Shown here one piece after another: positions 35,984-52,551 of a DNA stretch of 64,000 nucleotides (the stretch's first letter is position 1; the number at the start of each line of letters is the position of its first letter). A program made the translations under genes and the position numbers. A model generated the notes under the pieces. It was not told where the DNA came from. It saw nothing but the letters and a program-made list of their open reading frames with translations, and did not search any database. Origin of the DNA: Eledone cirrhosa (lineage: Eukaryota); NCBI GenBank assembly GCA_964016885.1, contig CAXHJY010000249.1, forward strand, positions 17,910 to 81,909. Direction: 5' to 3'.

Positions 35984-37939
35984 CTTACAATAGCAATGAT
36001 ATTGATCTCTGGCACAGGCTCAAAGCTAGAAATTTTGGGTAGAGGCACAGTTGATTGTGTCATCCTCAATACTTGAGTGATACTTTGTTTTATCAATCCC
36101 TCAGAAGGATGAAAGACAAAGTTGACTTCAGAAGATTTGAACTCAGAATCTAAGGACCAAATATACTACATTATACAATCAAAAATATACTTTTTTTAAT
36201 TATATAAACCAAGCTACAAAATCTTATGCGAAAGGAGCTTTTTGAATAACTTTGTGGTATTTGTTCCAGCTCTTTGAGTGCTGAGTTCAAATCCCACCAA
36301 GGTTAGCTTTGCCTTTTAAACCTTTTGGTTGGTTCAAGTTGAACACCTAGCAGAGTTTGATTTGTAGCAGGCATTTAAGCCAGGTTTCTGGTTTGAAGAT
36401 AACTCCCCACTCCTTTCTACTAGTCATTGAGGCCACCAAAAGCATTATGAGTACTGCTCTTCTTTGCATGACTAAAGAGTAAAAAAAATCTGTTCATAAA
36501 GATCTTTGAGATTATGGAGTACAACTTGCTTGTGTAAATGGAAGGCATAATTATTTGATGGAAGAAATAATTAGACACAGTTTTCAGGTTGAAATACATT
36601 TTATTTGTAATAATTGGCAAGACAGCAGAATCTTTGAAATCTTCCATGATCTATTTCTATATGATAGAAGAACAAATTCAACAAGAACAGGTAACAAATG
36701 AGAGATTAAATGATTAGAAAGACAAGTAGGTGGTTGATTTTAAATTTGATTAACATACAATATCACCTAGCTAAATACAATATTATTTAACTCTTCAAAA
36801 TTTAGAATCATGTAAAGACATTTAGCTTTCTAATGGTGATCTGATTTGATATGGTAGATGATCAATTGTTAATGGAATAAATGGTTTTTAATTTTATTGA
36901 TAAGAATGATTAGAAACCATGTCAAAAGGTTTGAGAGAGCTCTTCAGCTACATCAAGGATATGACAGAATCTCTTAGTGCTGGTATTATGATAAAATGCA
37001 ACTAGCATACTTTATAAAGCGGTTGGCCTTGGGAAGGGCATATATCTGCAGAAAATAAGCAAAAATTGGAACATTAAGTAAGATGTGGTCTCTCAACAAC
37101 CTGTCTAACTCATGCTGGCATAGAAAAAATATGTAAAATTATGATAATGATGAGTAAATTGTTACTTCAATTTATTATATTAAACATTTGTAGAATAAGC
37201 TAGATGTTATTTTAAAAAGTATTTTAATGAGTAATTGCCATCAGGAAATAATGATTTTAATTCTATATTTTTATGTTGGCTCAAGCTGATCTTCATTTGA
37301 CATACATTTATAGATATCTTGCCATCATCATCAAGGGCAAAGTCAGTTCTTATTTGAAGTTACTGTCCTCCTAGATGTGTCAGGGTCCATGTCTCACTTG
37401 TACATTCCATTTTTGGCATCGTTTTTATGGCTGGGTGCCCTTCCTAACAGCAACTGTTTTACAGAGTGTACTGAGTGCACTTTATTGAAAAACTAGCACT
37501 AGGAAAATTATGTCCTAGGAAGAACTAAGAGGTCTCCTTCCATATAAATTAGTTTTATGGGGGAACTTCCATCTACAGTGTCATCCAAAACTGTGTCTTC
37601 TTGAAAATGGTAAGAAACAATGAAATGAAATAACAAATTCTTCCAATTTCTTTCAGATCTATTGCTTTGTAAGCATTGACAAAATGGATTATTGATATTC
37701 AGGTGTATTATACAAATAATGGAAAAATTCCATCATTAGCCCTTTCTTTTTCATATGGTCCTGTAATTCCCAATGGAGTTGCAGTGGCGCCGTAGTGACA
37801 TACAGTGTTTCTTAGGCATTTTGAAGCTTGGCAGAGCCCATCCCTCTCCAGTTTTGAACACAGCAGATTATTTCCAGAGAAAGATAGTGAGAGAGTGGAA
37901 GTCAGAAAGGTATATAGAGGAAGAGGAAGGAAGAATCTA

Positions 37940-38095
37940 GTCCAGTACTAGACGGGTACTTTTTTTTTATCAACCTTGAAAGGATGAAAAGCAAAGTTGC
38001 CCTTGGTGGGATTTGAACTCAGAGAGCTTAGAGCTTGAACGAATACTGCAAAGCATTTTATTCGACATCCTAACAACTCTGCCATTTCACTGCCT
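37940..38095 (-). mobile_element. tRNA-derived SINE
   Basis: aaggatgaaaagcaaagttg..gatttgaactcag, reverse of the family motif. Confidence 0.7.
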
Positions 38096-40188
38096 ATTAT
38101 GTGTTTGGAATGTTCCAAATAGGCAAATGAGTTACATACACCTGATTTCCTTATGTTGTTTCTGGAGCAACATCTGTGAATATACTATGCCATCACTATT
38201 GTTATGTGAATGAACACCTCACACTGTAATGGTTGCCACATTTATATTTTTGTATATAAACAGTTGGGTTATTAGTTCACCCATTTTTTCATGTAAGAGA
38301 ATGATGATAATAATAATGAAAATTATTGTGTACAGTGCTCAGATGCACTACAACTCATCAAAGGTGCATGTATAGTACATAGAATAATGTACAAATGTCA
38401 GGGAAGAAAGCATATAATGATTATTTCATTTTCTTTTTCTTAAAGTTTTCATGATAAATAGGTGGTTACATTGTTTATGTATTTAATCCTTAATAGTGTT
38501 ATTACCTGTACAAAAAAAAATGACAGTTACTGTAAGCTAACTACAATGTTATTGGTCTTACTGATACTGTAAATACATAAGCTTTTATTTTATTTTTCAT
38601 TTAAAAATAATGTTTTTCAAAAATAAAATAAAAACAAACACTTGATTTATTTTTCATTCTGTTGTCTTTTACTTCAATGTTACATAAATAAACATATGTA
38701 CATATATACACAAAGGATATATGCATATGGTGTAATACACATTAAGAATAGTTCAAATTGCCTTTTCTGATGATTATGGGTTAAGGTCTTTGAAACCTTT
38801 ATACACTCACCGCCCACAATTTCTGGGTAAAGCATAGCAATGCTCATCACATACAAATTTTTTGAGTGAGGTAATATTAACCTGCACCATACCAAGCAAG
38901 AAGGGAAAATGTTTAAGGATTTGTAATGACAATAACAATAATAATTAAAAATAAAAGAAGTTTCATTTTTGAAAGATTAGAGAAATAAAGGATGTAAGAA
39001 GCAACAGAATGTGTCATATGAAAGAATAGAAATAAGATTTTTTAATGCAAAAATCATAGAGCTATGGTGGTACCTGGGTAAAGTTATCCCATGTTCCTGA
39101 CAGAGATTTACAAGTTACTTATTTGTTTGTTTATCTGTTATCTCTGAATGAATAAAAAAAAAATCAACTGGTTTATAAAAAATTTTTTTTTATCCCAAAC
39201 CGTGATTGAATACATATGGTTATTTCACATATGAATAAATGTAAAGAGAGAAGCAGTTTAGAACTTAACAGAAGAGAGAATAGATGAGAAAACTGTGAGT
39301 GTGTGTGAAAGAGAGAGAGATTTAAAAAAAAGCAAAATTAGAAATTAAATGCTACATATATTTACCTGCCCCCAACCTCTTTAAGGGTCTAAAGATTTAC
39401 ACTACAACTATATTCAAGTCCTTCCATGAACACATATGTACCCAAGTATGTTTCTGAATTTCTTGAATCATAATTGGTTTTACATTTGAAAGAACATGTA
39501 TTAACTAGATGAACAAAAATATAATACATCCTTATCTCAAGCACAAAGCCAGTTGTTGAGAAAGTGTTTTGTTTTAATTTTAGAATATCCTGATACATAT
39601 TTTATTTACCTTAAAAAAGATGAAAGGCAAAGTTGACCCAGTGTGATCTGCACTTGGAAGTGTGATTAGAAGAGCCAATGACAAAACTAAATATTATAAA
39701 ACATTTAGTTTGCTTCTCAACTAGCTCAACAGATCTACACTAAACAATATGCTAAACAGATCCATATATCTAAAGTGGGGAACAAAATTGGTGGTTTTGT
39801 AAGATAAAATTATCTTTTAATGTTTGTATCAGATATTGCGTATAAGGATTGATTGTTATATTCCCTGCAGAAGTATGCATTTAATGCAGAATAATCTATA
39901 AGAGATTGGGATAGTAACATACTGTTTGTTATTAACATCATATAAAGAAATTACAGGGTTTTACAGATGTGAATGAATAGCTTATGTAATGTAATGAATA
40001 AAAAGATGTATCATTTTCTAACTTATGTTGAACAAAACCTAGAAGAAGAATTGTGTGAGAGAGAAAAAGGGCAAGATGTCCAAAGACTAATTTGGCTCAC
40101 ACAAAGATGTTGCTGCGTTACCTAAGAGTGTGAATATATATATATATATATATATATATGCGTGTGTGTAATATACATATACATATAC

Positions 40189-40238
<50 letters not shown>

Positions 40239-40351
40239 ATATATATATGTATATATATATATATATAAGTTATTCTGGGTTGAATCAAAGGTAACCACAG
40301 TAAGTAAGGTACTCAATACATAGCAGAGTATAAAAGTTTTAATATAGAAGA

Positions 40352-40400
40352 GCTTCTACAAGACTAGAACTGTTTCATTCGTGAGAAATCATCAGGGAGC
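40352..40400 (-). ncRNA. Type I hammerhead ribozyme, left arm of palindrome
   Basis: Minus: gctcc-CTGATGA-tttc/tcac/gaat-GAAA-cag/ttctagtc/ttg-TA-gaagc; stem I 4 of 5 bp. Confidence 0.7.
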
Positions 40401-40445
40401 CCTGATGATTTCTCACGAATGAAACAGTTCTAGTCCTGTAGAAGC
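40397..40445 (+). ncRNA. Hammerhead core, right arm of palindrome; stem I damaged by the inversion point
   Basis: CTGATGA 40402-40408, GAAA 40421-40424, cag/ctg stem III, GTA triplet ending at 40440. Confidence 0.55.
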
Positions 40446-40461
40446 TTTTCTATATTTAAAA

Positions 40462-40502
<41 letters not shown>

Positions 40503-40515
40503 CACACACACACAC

Positions 40516-40591
<76 letters not shown>

Positions 40592-40594
40592 GTA

Positions 40595-40647
<53 letters not shown>

Positions 40648-41329
40648 ATGTATATAATGAACTTTTTTTTAAATTTTTGATTATATATTAATTAAAATAG
40701 AAAAACAATATTTTCAGGGAAGAGGTGCTCTGAACTAGAGAAAATAATTCTTATCTGAAGTAGGCACTATATAAGGTTTTTTGCCATATTTAACATCAAG
40801 GAAGTTTTGGAATAAAAACAAAACTAAAAATTAATGGGTAACTGTGCGTTGAAATAGACTCACATGTATACATGTGTGTGTGTGTATTGTATATATATAT
40901 ATATGTTATACTATATATATATAGTATAATATATATATATATATAAAATGATGAAGGGAAATACTCGCCAAGTGGACTTCAATAATTGGAAAGAGTAATG
41001 CCTCACTTATCATTTAGATGGTTTGCTATATATATATATATTATAAACACACACTATGAAGCAATCAAACGTTTTTTTTTTTATTCTTTCACACCACCTG
41101 ACTTGTGTAAAATTCTTATCCCTGAGCAAGTACCTTTTAGATTAAATTAAATAAAAACAAATTTTTTTAAAACTTCTAACAACATTCCCCTTTTTTTGTT
41201 ATTTTGCTCCACTCTTAAAACAGGTTTCCATCTACAGAACTACACCCAACAAATATTTGTTAAGATACACAGCATTGAGCCTCCAATATAATTAAAACCT
41301 GTCTCAAACCTAGAGGCCCCTCAGAATGT

Positions 41330-41555
41330 GGCTAAAAGTACAATCCTCACTGGACAGGATGCCAGTCTATGACAAAGGGTTATCCCCAGTTGCTGCTGTT
41401 GCTGGTACCCATTTTTTCAGCTGAGTTGACTGGAGCAATGTGGAATGAAATGTCTTGCTCAAGGACACAACATGCTACCTGATTTGGGAATCCAACTCAC
41501 AACCTTATGGTTGTGAAATCTAACATCCTAATCACTAGGCCACACGTCTTCACAT
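41330..41555 (-). mobile_element. CORE-SINE
   Basis: cagctgagttgactggagcaatgtg..tgtcttgctcaaggacacaac, reverse of CORE-like domain and tRNA head. Confidence 0.75.
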
Positions 41556-42549
41556 ATAAACAGTGTTTAATTTTGTGTTTCACACTGGACAGTTCTTTTT
41601 TATTTCCTTTCTACAGCCGAGTAGTGGTCAACAGATCTTTCCCAAAACATTCACTTCTGATTCCTCTAAATAATATTTATGTAAGTAAACATTTTTCCCT
41701 GTTTTGTAATTTTTTTTACTGATTTTTCTTTCTTTATTTATTTATGTATTTTATTATATTTCTTTTTTTTTGGATGGGGAGAGTAATTATTTTTTTCAGA
41801 AAGACTTATTAGAAAAATATACATATATATATATCTAACCTCTGCATTATTAACAGAAATTTATGCTTTATATATTCCTTTTTTTATATATATCTTTTTA
41901 AAGAAAGAAAACAAACAATAAGAGAGAAAAAATAAATAAATAAATAATAATAATAATAATAATAATAATGATAATAATAATGTAATAATAGCCAATGCAA
42001 ACTTTTTAAAATATCAACGGAGTAGCAATATTTGTAAATATTCTGTCAATGGTCATCGTTGTTATGGTTAACGTAGTCATTGCAGTAATAGCAGTAGTGG
42101 TCATAATAATAATAGTAGTAGTGATGGTAGTGTGGTAATGATGCTTCAGTGGGCGGGCATTTAAATGAGCAATTCCTATAATATTTCAATCATAATAACC
42201 CCCTAAAAAAAGTCTTAATATTTTTGCTTAACATTTAATGGTTCTGTCTTAATCTTCAGCATGCTCTAGGAGCATTATGTCGCCAATAGAGTAATCTTCC
42301 CTTAATACATAATGCAATCTCAAGGGAAGCAATTCATAAAAATTTCTAGCATGCTAAAGATTAAAATGAAAAAAAAACCACCAAATACCAGTGCCAAAAC
42401 CACTATCTAGGTGTTGTCGTTTTACTTTATTCTTTGTCAAATTTATTTGGCAGCATCAGTAAATATTTAAACCTGATTGCTCTAGAATAGTCTCCCACCC
42501 CTGCAAAAAGAAAAAAACCCAGCCCACAATAAGTATAATGATAATAATA

Positions 42550-42945
42550 GTTTCTACTTTTGGCACAAGGCCAGCAATTATTCCAGTGTGTTACTGGTAC
42601 TTTATTTTATCGACCCCGTAAGGATGAAAGGCAAAGTTAACCTCGGCGGGATTTAAACTCAGAATGGAAAGGGCCGTAACTCTGTGTCAAAGCATGGCGT
42701 CCAACCCTCTACCGATACTGCCAATCCAAATAATAATAATTTCTTAGATAGGCACAACGCCAGAAATTTCGTGGGAGGGTTTAGTCAATTAAATCAACCC
42801 CAGTATATGATGACTGATACTTGAATTTATCAATCTCAAAGAAGAATGAAAGGCAAAGTTAACCTCAGCAGAATTTGAACCCAGAATGTAAAGAGCCATG
42901 ATTAAAAACTATCTGACGCTCTATCAATTCTGCCAATGCATCGTT
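42550..42945 (-). mobile_element. Two adjacent tRNA-SINE copies
   Basis: ctggtactttattttatcgaccccgtaaggatgaaaggc..gatttaaactcag; the first copy is close to the 30749 copy. Confidence 0.8.
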
Positions 42946-44007
42946 CTAATAATAATAAACAATATATGCAGAAGTTAAACCAAACAATATACTCATTTCA
43001 TTTAACAATGGGAAGGTAGGTAGGTATGTAGGTCAGTAGCTAACACATACAAAACATTCTTTGAAATAGAAGTTAAGCGACTTTAAAGAAAATTTTGCAC
43101 GGAACACTTGACTATTTTTTCATCACAATTTTTTGTAATAGTCTCACTTTTAATATATATTTTCATTTTGATTACAACTTTTTAGATAACAATTTCAACA
43201 ACACAGATTTTTAAAAATATTTGAATTAGATAATTTGAAAACTATGAAGTGGAAACAGGCAAAAAAAAAAAAAAAAATGAGGGTAGGGGAGCCCGCTATA
43301 CATACATCTATATGTGTGTCTGTGTATGTATCTATATCTATATCTATATATATGTATGCATATATATATATGCAATGAACTAGATTTAAATGGAATCTCT
43401 CAACACTACTGGTCTATTCAAATGTGCAGCAAAACTATATAATTGTAGAAGTTTCATTAATGGACAGTGGTGGTGATGGTGATGGCAGGTGGGGGAGGGA
43501 TATTCAAGTTTATTAAATATATTTTTCTCCTCAACAACGTTAATATATCAAAGGGAAGTAAATCACATGAAAGAGAGGAAATAGTTCTGATTTTGAGCTT
43601 TTAAACTAAAACTGAGAAATTACACCTAAAGAGTAAGCAATCTATAATTTCTCTGAAGCCCTCCTAAAGCCACACGAAAATATTTATAGATCAGAGGAAA
43701 TCTTTAGTTAAATTTTAAATACATTGGAAACAAAATAAATTTTGATACACATGAATCATTGATGAAATAAAAATCAATTTACATTGTATGGTATTTCAAT
43801 GATATTTAGTTTAAAAGGAGGGATGAGGAAGAAAAAAAAATAGTAACTCCATGAACCCTCAACTTTGTATAAAGACATCTACATGAATAGTAAAAAATGA
43901 TTAATGTTGTGTTTGAGAAAGATTGCATTAAACAGACATATGATATATATATATATAAGGTATAAACCGAAGTTGTAGCTGCCATACAGCAGGTACTATA
44001 TATATAT

Positions 44008-44078
<71 letters not shown>

Positions 44079-44394
44079 GCAATTGTTATCATAAGCAATG
44101 CATAGGGCATCCAAAGTAGAAAGAATATGAGATGCGATTTGAATTCAAGGTACCCAACCAGCCTTGAAGGTGAAGGTTCAAGCACAGGCAGTGGAGGAAA
44201 AAAAAATAACATCAGAAGGGTATCCAGGTGTTATGATTTGGATGTGGCCTGGCTCCTTAAAATGTATGGAGTTAAGTGCTGAAACACCTGCATCGGAGAA
44301 GGAGGCTTCTTTGCTGAAGATCTTCTGCTGTCTAACTCTCCCTAGAGTTTTTTTTTACTAATGCTACTACTGATATATATATATATATATATAT

Positions 44395-44436
<42 letters not shown>

Positions 44437-46647
44437 GGGGATGAGAAGAAATAAAAAAAAATGTTGAATTAAAGGTTATTCACATAATTAAGATAACACA
44501 TATGACACAAAACTTTAGGAACAAGTCAACAATTAATGATAAAAGATCAGTAAAAATATGTTAATAAGAAGGGAATCACAAAAGTGCTACAGAATCTAGC
44601 CAGTGGCAAAAAATATTTACAAATTCTTAAAAATTATTGTCCAGTCTGGTTGAATGAATTCATTACCTTGAGATGTATCATCAGCATAAAATAGTTGATA
44701 AAATCATATAGGACGAAGATAATGATGATGATGAATATTATGATGGTGAGGATGATGATAACGATGAGTATTATTATAATCAACAACAACAACAACAATA
44801 AATAACATTTATCTATTTTATGAAAAGAAAAAAATGGAACATATAAATGAATACTTAAATGTTAATAAAAAAGATATACATTTTTTTATAAAAGGAAACT
44901 GATTTACTTTAATGAATCTAAAAAGCTCATTTTTTTCTTTTGGCTTCTACTGATTGAGGCAATCTACTCCATCTATATACTGTATATACTCATGTATAGG
45001 CTGCACCGGTAGCTAAGTTGCATCTCTATTTTACATATAACATTTACAATGTACTTATATTATTGAATTGAGGCTTTGAAGGTCCAGTAGATAAGTCACA
45101 AGCTGGTTTTTTCAAGGAAAAACATGTGACTTATACATGAATACATACAGCATAGTATTTTTTTCTTGTAAACTATACAATATTGATAACATCAGATATA
45201 ATGAACACCAGACATGTAAGGATACCAGCAACGATACAAACATAATATCGAAAAACAAATCATTTAATGAATGAATCAATTCTATCATTAGCACATTTAT
45301 CATAAGACTGTAATGTGCAATGCTATGCAAGGTTTAAACATGATTTAAATTAGGGAACACCGTAGAAACGTAAAATATATTTTATTGATTGATTTAATTG
45401 TAAAGAATAAATAAAGATAAAACATGTTCCATCATTTTATACTAACTATATATACATACATTCATACATACATACCTACACACACGTGTACATGTGTGTG
45501 AGTGTGTGTGTGTATGTCAATGAGTGTGTGAGTGTGTGTATTTGTTTCCAGATGATGTTTCATTCTGTCGCTACCCAGAGTTTCTCATCATGTCTTATAC
45601 ATTATGTTTCCCCTTTAGAAGGATTGTACATAGCAAGATACTGTGAGTAGTGACGCAGGGAATCCCAGCTTTGAACAAATAAACTCTACTACAGGTATTG
45701 ACATTTTTTTCTCATGTTTGTACACTGAAGAAACACCTGTTTGTATAGACACACACATTTAAATATATATATATATATATTACTATTACAAAAATACAGG
45801 AGAGAGAGAGATTTGCAAATGTATACATGTTCACAAGCACGTAACCACATAAACATACAATGCAAACTGTAAACATTAAGCTCATGATGGAATGTGACAC
45901 AAATGAACGGCATTAAAAACGTGGAAGATGTGCCGCCGACAAAGAAATATGGTTCTATATTGGCATCATATGGTAATAACAGATTGTAGAACCAGGTTGG
46001 CATTGTTTGAATTGCAACTTGATAGAATACAATGAATTTCCAGGATTTGTTGCAATTTTCACACAAAGACATACACACCAAACATACTCATATATATATA
46101 TACAATACAAGCAAACACCAACACATGCACACACACTCTCTCTACCTGGTTTGAACTCAGAATGTAACTAAACACCACAAGGCACCATACTGATTCTGCC
46201 ATAAAATTTATATTATGTTTACAAAGGTTTTTTTTTCTCTGTACACATACAAGCACACACATACACATTAATATCTGCATTGTGGAAAAGAAAGAGAAAG
46301 AGAGGGATAGAAACGGGAGAGAGGAGATAGAGAGTGAGATAGAGATTAATAATATAAATTACATGGAGCACAAAAAAGTTCAATACCAAAAGGAGCGATA
46401 ATAGTCAAACAATTTAACTATTTTCTTGATACAAAATAAAAACACTTTTTCATTCATATGTTCACGTTTATTCTTACAAAGAAGGAAAAGGAAAAGAGCT
46501 CTATGTTAAAACCTAAGGAACATGTTTTTCATGGTATACATTTCAAATTTACGTTTCTCATTAATGAGACTATTGTACCAGTATATATTTTACATGTCCA
46601 TGGTAAAAACACAAGAGGAAAGAGTTTTGTGCCGATTTGAATCATAA

Positions 46648-46682
46648 AATATATATATATATATATATACATATATATATAC

Positions 46683-46731
<49 letters not shown>

Positions 46732-46738
46732 CATATAC

Positions 46739-46769
<31 letters not shown>

Positions 46770-47794
46770 CATATACATATATATATATATACATATACAT
46801 ATATATATATATACATATACATATATATATATATACATATACATATATATATATATACATATACATATATATACATATATATACATATACATATATATAC
46901 ATATATATACATATATATATACATATACATACATATACATATATATACATATACATATATATACATATATATACATATATATATATATACATATACATAT
47001 ATAATATATATATATACACATATATATATACACATATATATACACATATATACATATATATATACATATATATATACACATATATATACACATATATACA
47101 TATATATATATACACATATATATACACATATATACATATATATATATACACATATATATATATATATATACATATATATATACATATATATATATACACA
47201 TATATACATATATATATACACATATATACACATATATATACACATATATATACACATGTATATAATATATATACACATATATATACATATATATACACAT
47301 ATATATACACATATATATACATATATATACACATATATATACACATATATATACACATATATATAGATATATATAAACATATATATAAACATATATATAC
47401 ACATATATATACACATATATACACATATATATACACATATATATATATATACATATATATATATACATATATATATATATACATATATATATATACATAT
47501 ATATATATACATATATATATATACATATATATATATATACATATATATATACATATATATATATATACATATATATATACATATATATATATATACATAT
47601 ATATATACACATATATATATATACACATATATATATACACACATATATATACACATATATATATACACATATATATAAACACATATATATATACACACAT
47701 ATATATACACATATATATATACACACATATATATACACATATATATATACACATATATATAAACACATATATATATACACATATATATATACAC

Positions 47795-47827
<33 letters not shown>

Positions 47828-48172
47828 CACATATATATATATACACATATATACATATATATATACATATATATACATATATATATATATACATATATAT
47901 ACATATATACATATATATATATACACATATATACATATATATATATACATATATATACATATATACACATATATATATATACATATATATACATATATAT
48001 ATACATACATATATACATACATATATATACATATATATATATACATATATATATACATACATATATATATATACATATATATATATACATATATATATAT
48101 ACATATATATATATACATATATATATATACATATATATATATACATATATATATATATACATATATATATAC

Positions 48173-48205
<33 letters not shown>

Positions 48206-48287
48206 GACATATATACATATATATATATACATATACATATATATACATATATACATATATATACATATATACATATATACATATATA

Positions 48288-48341
<54 letters not shown>

Positions 48342-48345
48342 TATG
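46648..48345. repeat. Compound (TA)n/(TACA) microsatellite, about 1.7 kb
   Basis: Alternating TA with CA interruptions; source of spurious YI-rich ORFs. Confidence 0.97.
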
Positions 48346-48628
48346 AGTGTGTGTATATGATGTTTTGAATGAAAGAAAAAGAGAAGATTACACGTTACAT
48401 TATTGGCAATATATCAAAAGATATTTCACAAACACACTCACATACATGCATATACACATATATACAATATATATATATATACAGATATATATATATATAT
48501 TATACATATATATATATATATTATACATATATATATATTATACATATATATATATATATATTATACATATATATATATATATTATACATATATATATATA
48601 TATTATACATATATATATTATACATATC

Positions 48629-48704
<76 letters not shown>

Positions 48705-48832
48705 AAAGTTCTATTTAAATTGTTGGGATACAACAAGCAAATATTTTTATAACTGATATAAAGCACTCAACAAATATTTGGAGTAGATATACGATATTAA
48801 TAAATGGAAACTATATTTATAAAACCATATTT

Positions 48833-48895
48833 ATTTCATTATATATATTTCAAGGATACCAAGTTAAATTATGGTATGCCTTCATCAGACAAAAT
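48833..48895 (-). ncRNA. Type I hammerhead ribozyme, left arm
   Basis: Exact reverse complement of the 49050-49112 hammerhead. Confidence 0.85.
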
Positions 48896-49049
48896 ACAAT
48901 ATATAACAGTTTTATAAATAGATATTGACGTACCCTTTTAAAAGTGACCGTTGCTTTTGGAGGCCATCACTATCCTCATGGCCTCCAAAAGCAACGGTCA
49001 CTTTTAAAAGGGTACGTCAATATCTATTTATAAAACTGTTATATATTGT

Positions 49050-49112
49050 ATTTTGTCTGATGAAGGCATACCATAATTTAACTTGGTATCCTTGAAATAT
49101 ATATAATGAAAT
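49050..49112 (+). ncRNA. Type I hammerhead ribozyme, right arm
   Basis: attttgt-CTGATGA-aggcatacca/taatttaact/tggtatcctt-GAAA-tatata-TA-atgaaat; 7-bp stem I with two G-U pairs; palindromic stem III; predicted cleavage after 49105. Confidence 0.85.
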
Positions 49113-49731
49113 AAATATGGTTTTATAAATGTAGTTTCCATTTATTAATATCGTATATATATATATTATACATATATATATATTATATATAATACACATA
49201 TATATATATTATACATAATACATATATATATATATTATACATATATATATATATATATTATACATATATATATATATATTATACATATATATATATATTA
49301 TACATATATATATATTATACATATATACACACACACACATATATATATACATACACATACATACACACACATACACATATATATATACATACACACACAC
49401 ACATATACATAGACATACACGTACACACATAATATTCTAAATGAAAGACAAAAACGAAAGTTGCTTATCCAGAGTCCCTCTGCTAGTATTTTAACAAACA
49501 ACAACAACAACAGTATTATTATATGCTGAAATACTTGGACAAGTCTATAAAGTTTATATAATGAATTTCATTGAAGAAATCAGAAAAATTGATTGAAACT
49601 ATTTTCTTTTTTAACATCATTTTTCCTTTGTCATTTTTTAAAATAGATTATTATTCAAAGTTGGGTAACATAAAATAATTATATTTAAATGGAGGAGAAT
49701 ACTGATGAAATGTCAATGGTGTGGTAACGGA

Positions 49732-51220
<1,489 letters not shown>

Positions 51221-52551
51221 GTTTCTTTCCCAATTTTGTAATTTAAGCTTTGATTTAATAAAAAGAAAATAGCTTTTTCAGCTTGTTTTTGTTTCCGTAA
51301 TATTTTTTAAATCTAAATTTTCATTTAAACTTTTGTTTTATATATTTATATTTATATTCCAATTTTTATTTAGTTATTTTTTAAATTTTAATAGTAAACT
51401 GTTTTTAGCAACTATTTAACATGGCAAGAGTTAAAATGACTAAGACATTTCCTTTCTTATAAAGTAAACATTTCTAAATATTTAAATCAGTAGATGTATG
51501 TTTTCTGAAGATTGAAAAAATAACTTTCCATATTAATAAAATTTAAGTTGGTGCATAAGCAAGATAATAACATTTATTTCTCTAAAAGGCAACCAATGTT
51601 TTTGTTATGTTCAGAAATTTTGTTATCTACGTTTGTATACTTGTATAGGTAGGATGGTTTTTGATAATTTGAATACTGTATTAGATGGTATAAAACCCCC
51701 CAAGTATATAAGACCCTGCTCATTTAAGCAGAGAATATAAAGAAAATGAATTGTATGCTAATAAAACATGTAGCTCAACTTCACATATAAGACCCAGATG
51801 ATATATTTGTGCTTTAGTATTATTTTAAAAAAGTGGATCTTATATGCCATCAAATACAGTACTTAATATATTTGTTGAAGCAACTGCTTTTAAAGCTGAA
51901 TATCCTTCCTGATGTTAAACCCCCTCGAATGTGTAAATGTACAAGTGAAACTGCTGTCAAGTAGTCTGAGGTAAAGAGATTTATGAGCCTTACCCAGAGG
52001 CATAACAAATGGCAGAGGTAAAAGCAGAACTCATGATAATTGAACCAGTTAGTTGTCAGTATTTTAACTTCACAGCCATTGAGCCTCTTTAGATAATTTT
52101 GACAGGTTCGTAAATGTCATAGAAACTGGTATGTGCCTATGTGAATATGTGCATATATGAATAGGAACATTAGATGAGGCTGCCTAGTATTCAATTTGTA
52201 GTGTAGCAGGTATTTCAGAATAGATGAACAAGAGACATTTAGCAACAACAATCATTTCCTTCTCAGATGGTTTTTAAGTTCTGAAAGAATATTTCCATGA
52301 ATATATATATATATAAAACCCATGCTAAATGTAAACAATTTAATGGTGAGAAAACATTCTTACAATCCTGACAGTTTTTCTCATTTCAAAATCTGAGATC
52401 TGAAGACCTATGTTAGAGATGAGACCTAATGTGTTTAGAAATAATTCATTCAGCTATTTAAAGCATGCAAAATTATATGCAAAAAGGCACAAGCTAATTG
52501 ACGAGCTTCAAAATAGTAATGTGAAAATTAGAAACTTAGAAATAAATATGA

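Larger units (their letters stand above)
40269..40460. mobile_element. Short Penelope-type terminal element with inverted (fold-back) duplication, in (TA)n
   Basis: 40269-40397 matches 59037-59164; 40400-40460 is the reverse complement of 40337-40397. Confidence 0.8.
48701..49158. mobile_element. Penelope-type terminal element with a 181-bp-arm palindrome, in (TA)n
   Basis: 48787-48967 is the reverse complement of 48978-49158 with one mismatch; 10-nt spacer cactatcctc; unique extension 48701-48786. Confidence 0.8.

Noticed and set aside
38760-38805. CTGATGA..GAAA pair
   Set aside because: No convincing stem I, II or III pairing
44150-44205. ttcaagcac..gtggagg motif, also near 33255, reminiscent of a twister ribozyme
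   Set aside because: Could not build the P1/P2/P4 stems or pseudoknots; the similarity is too short
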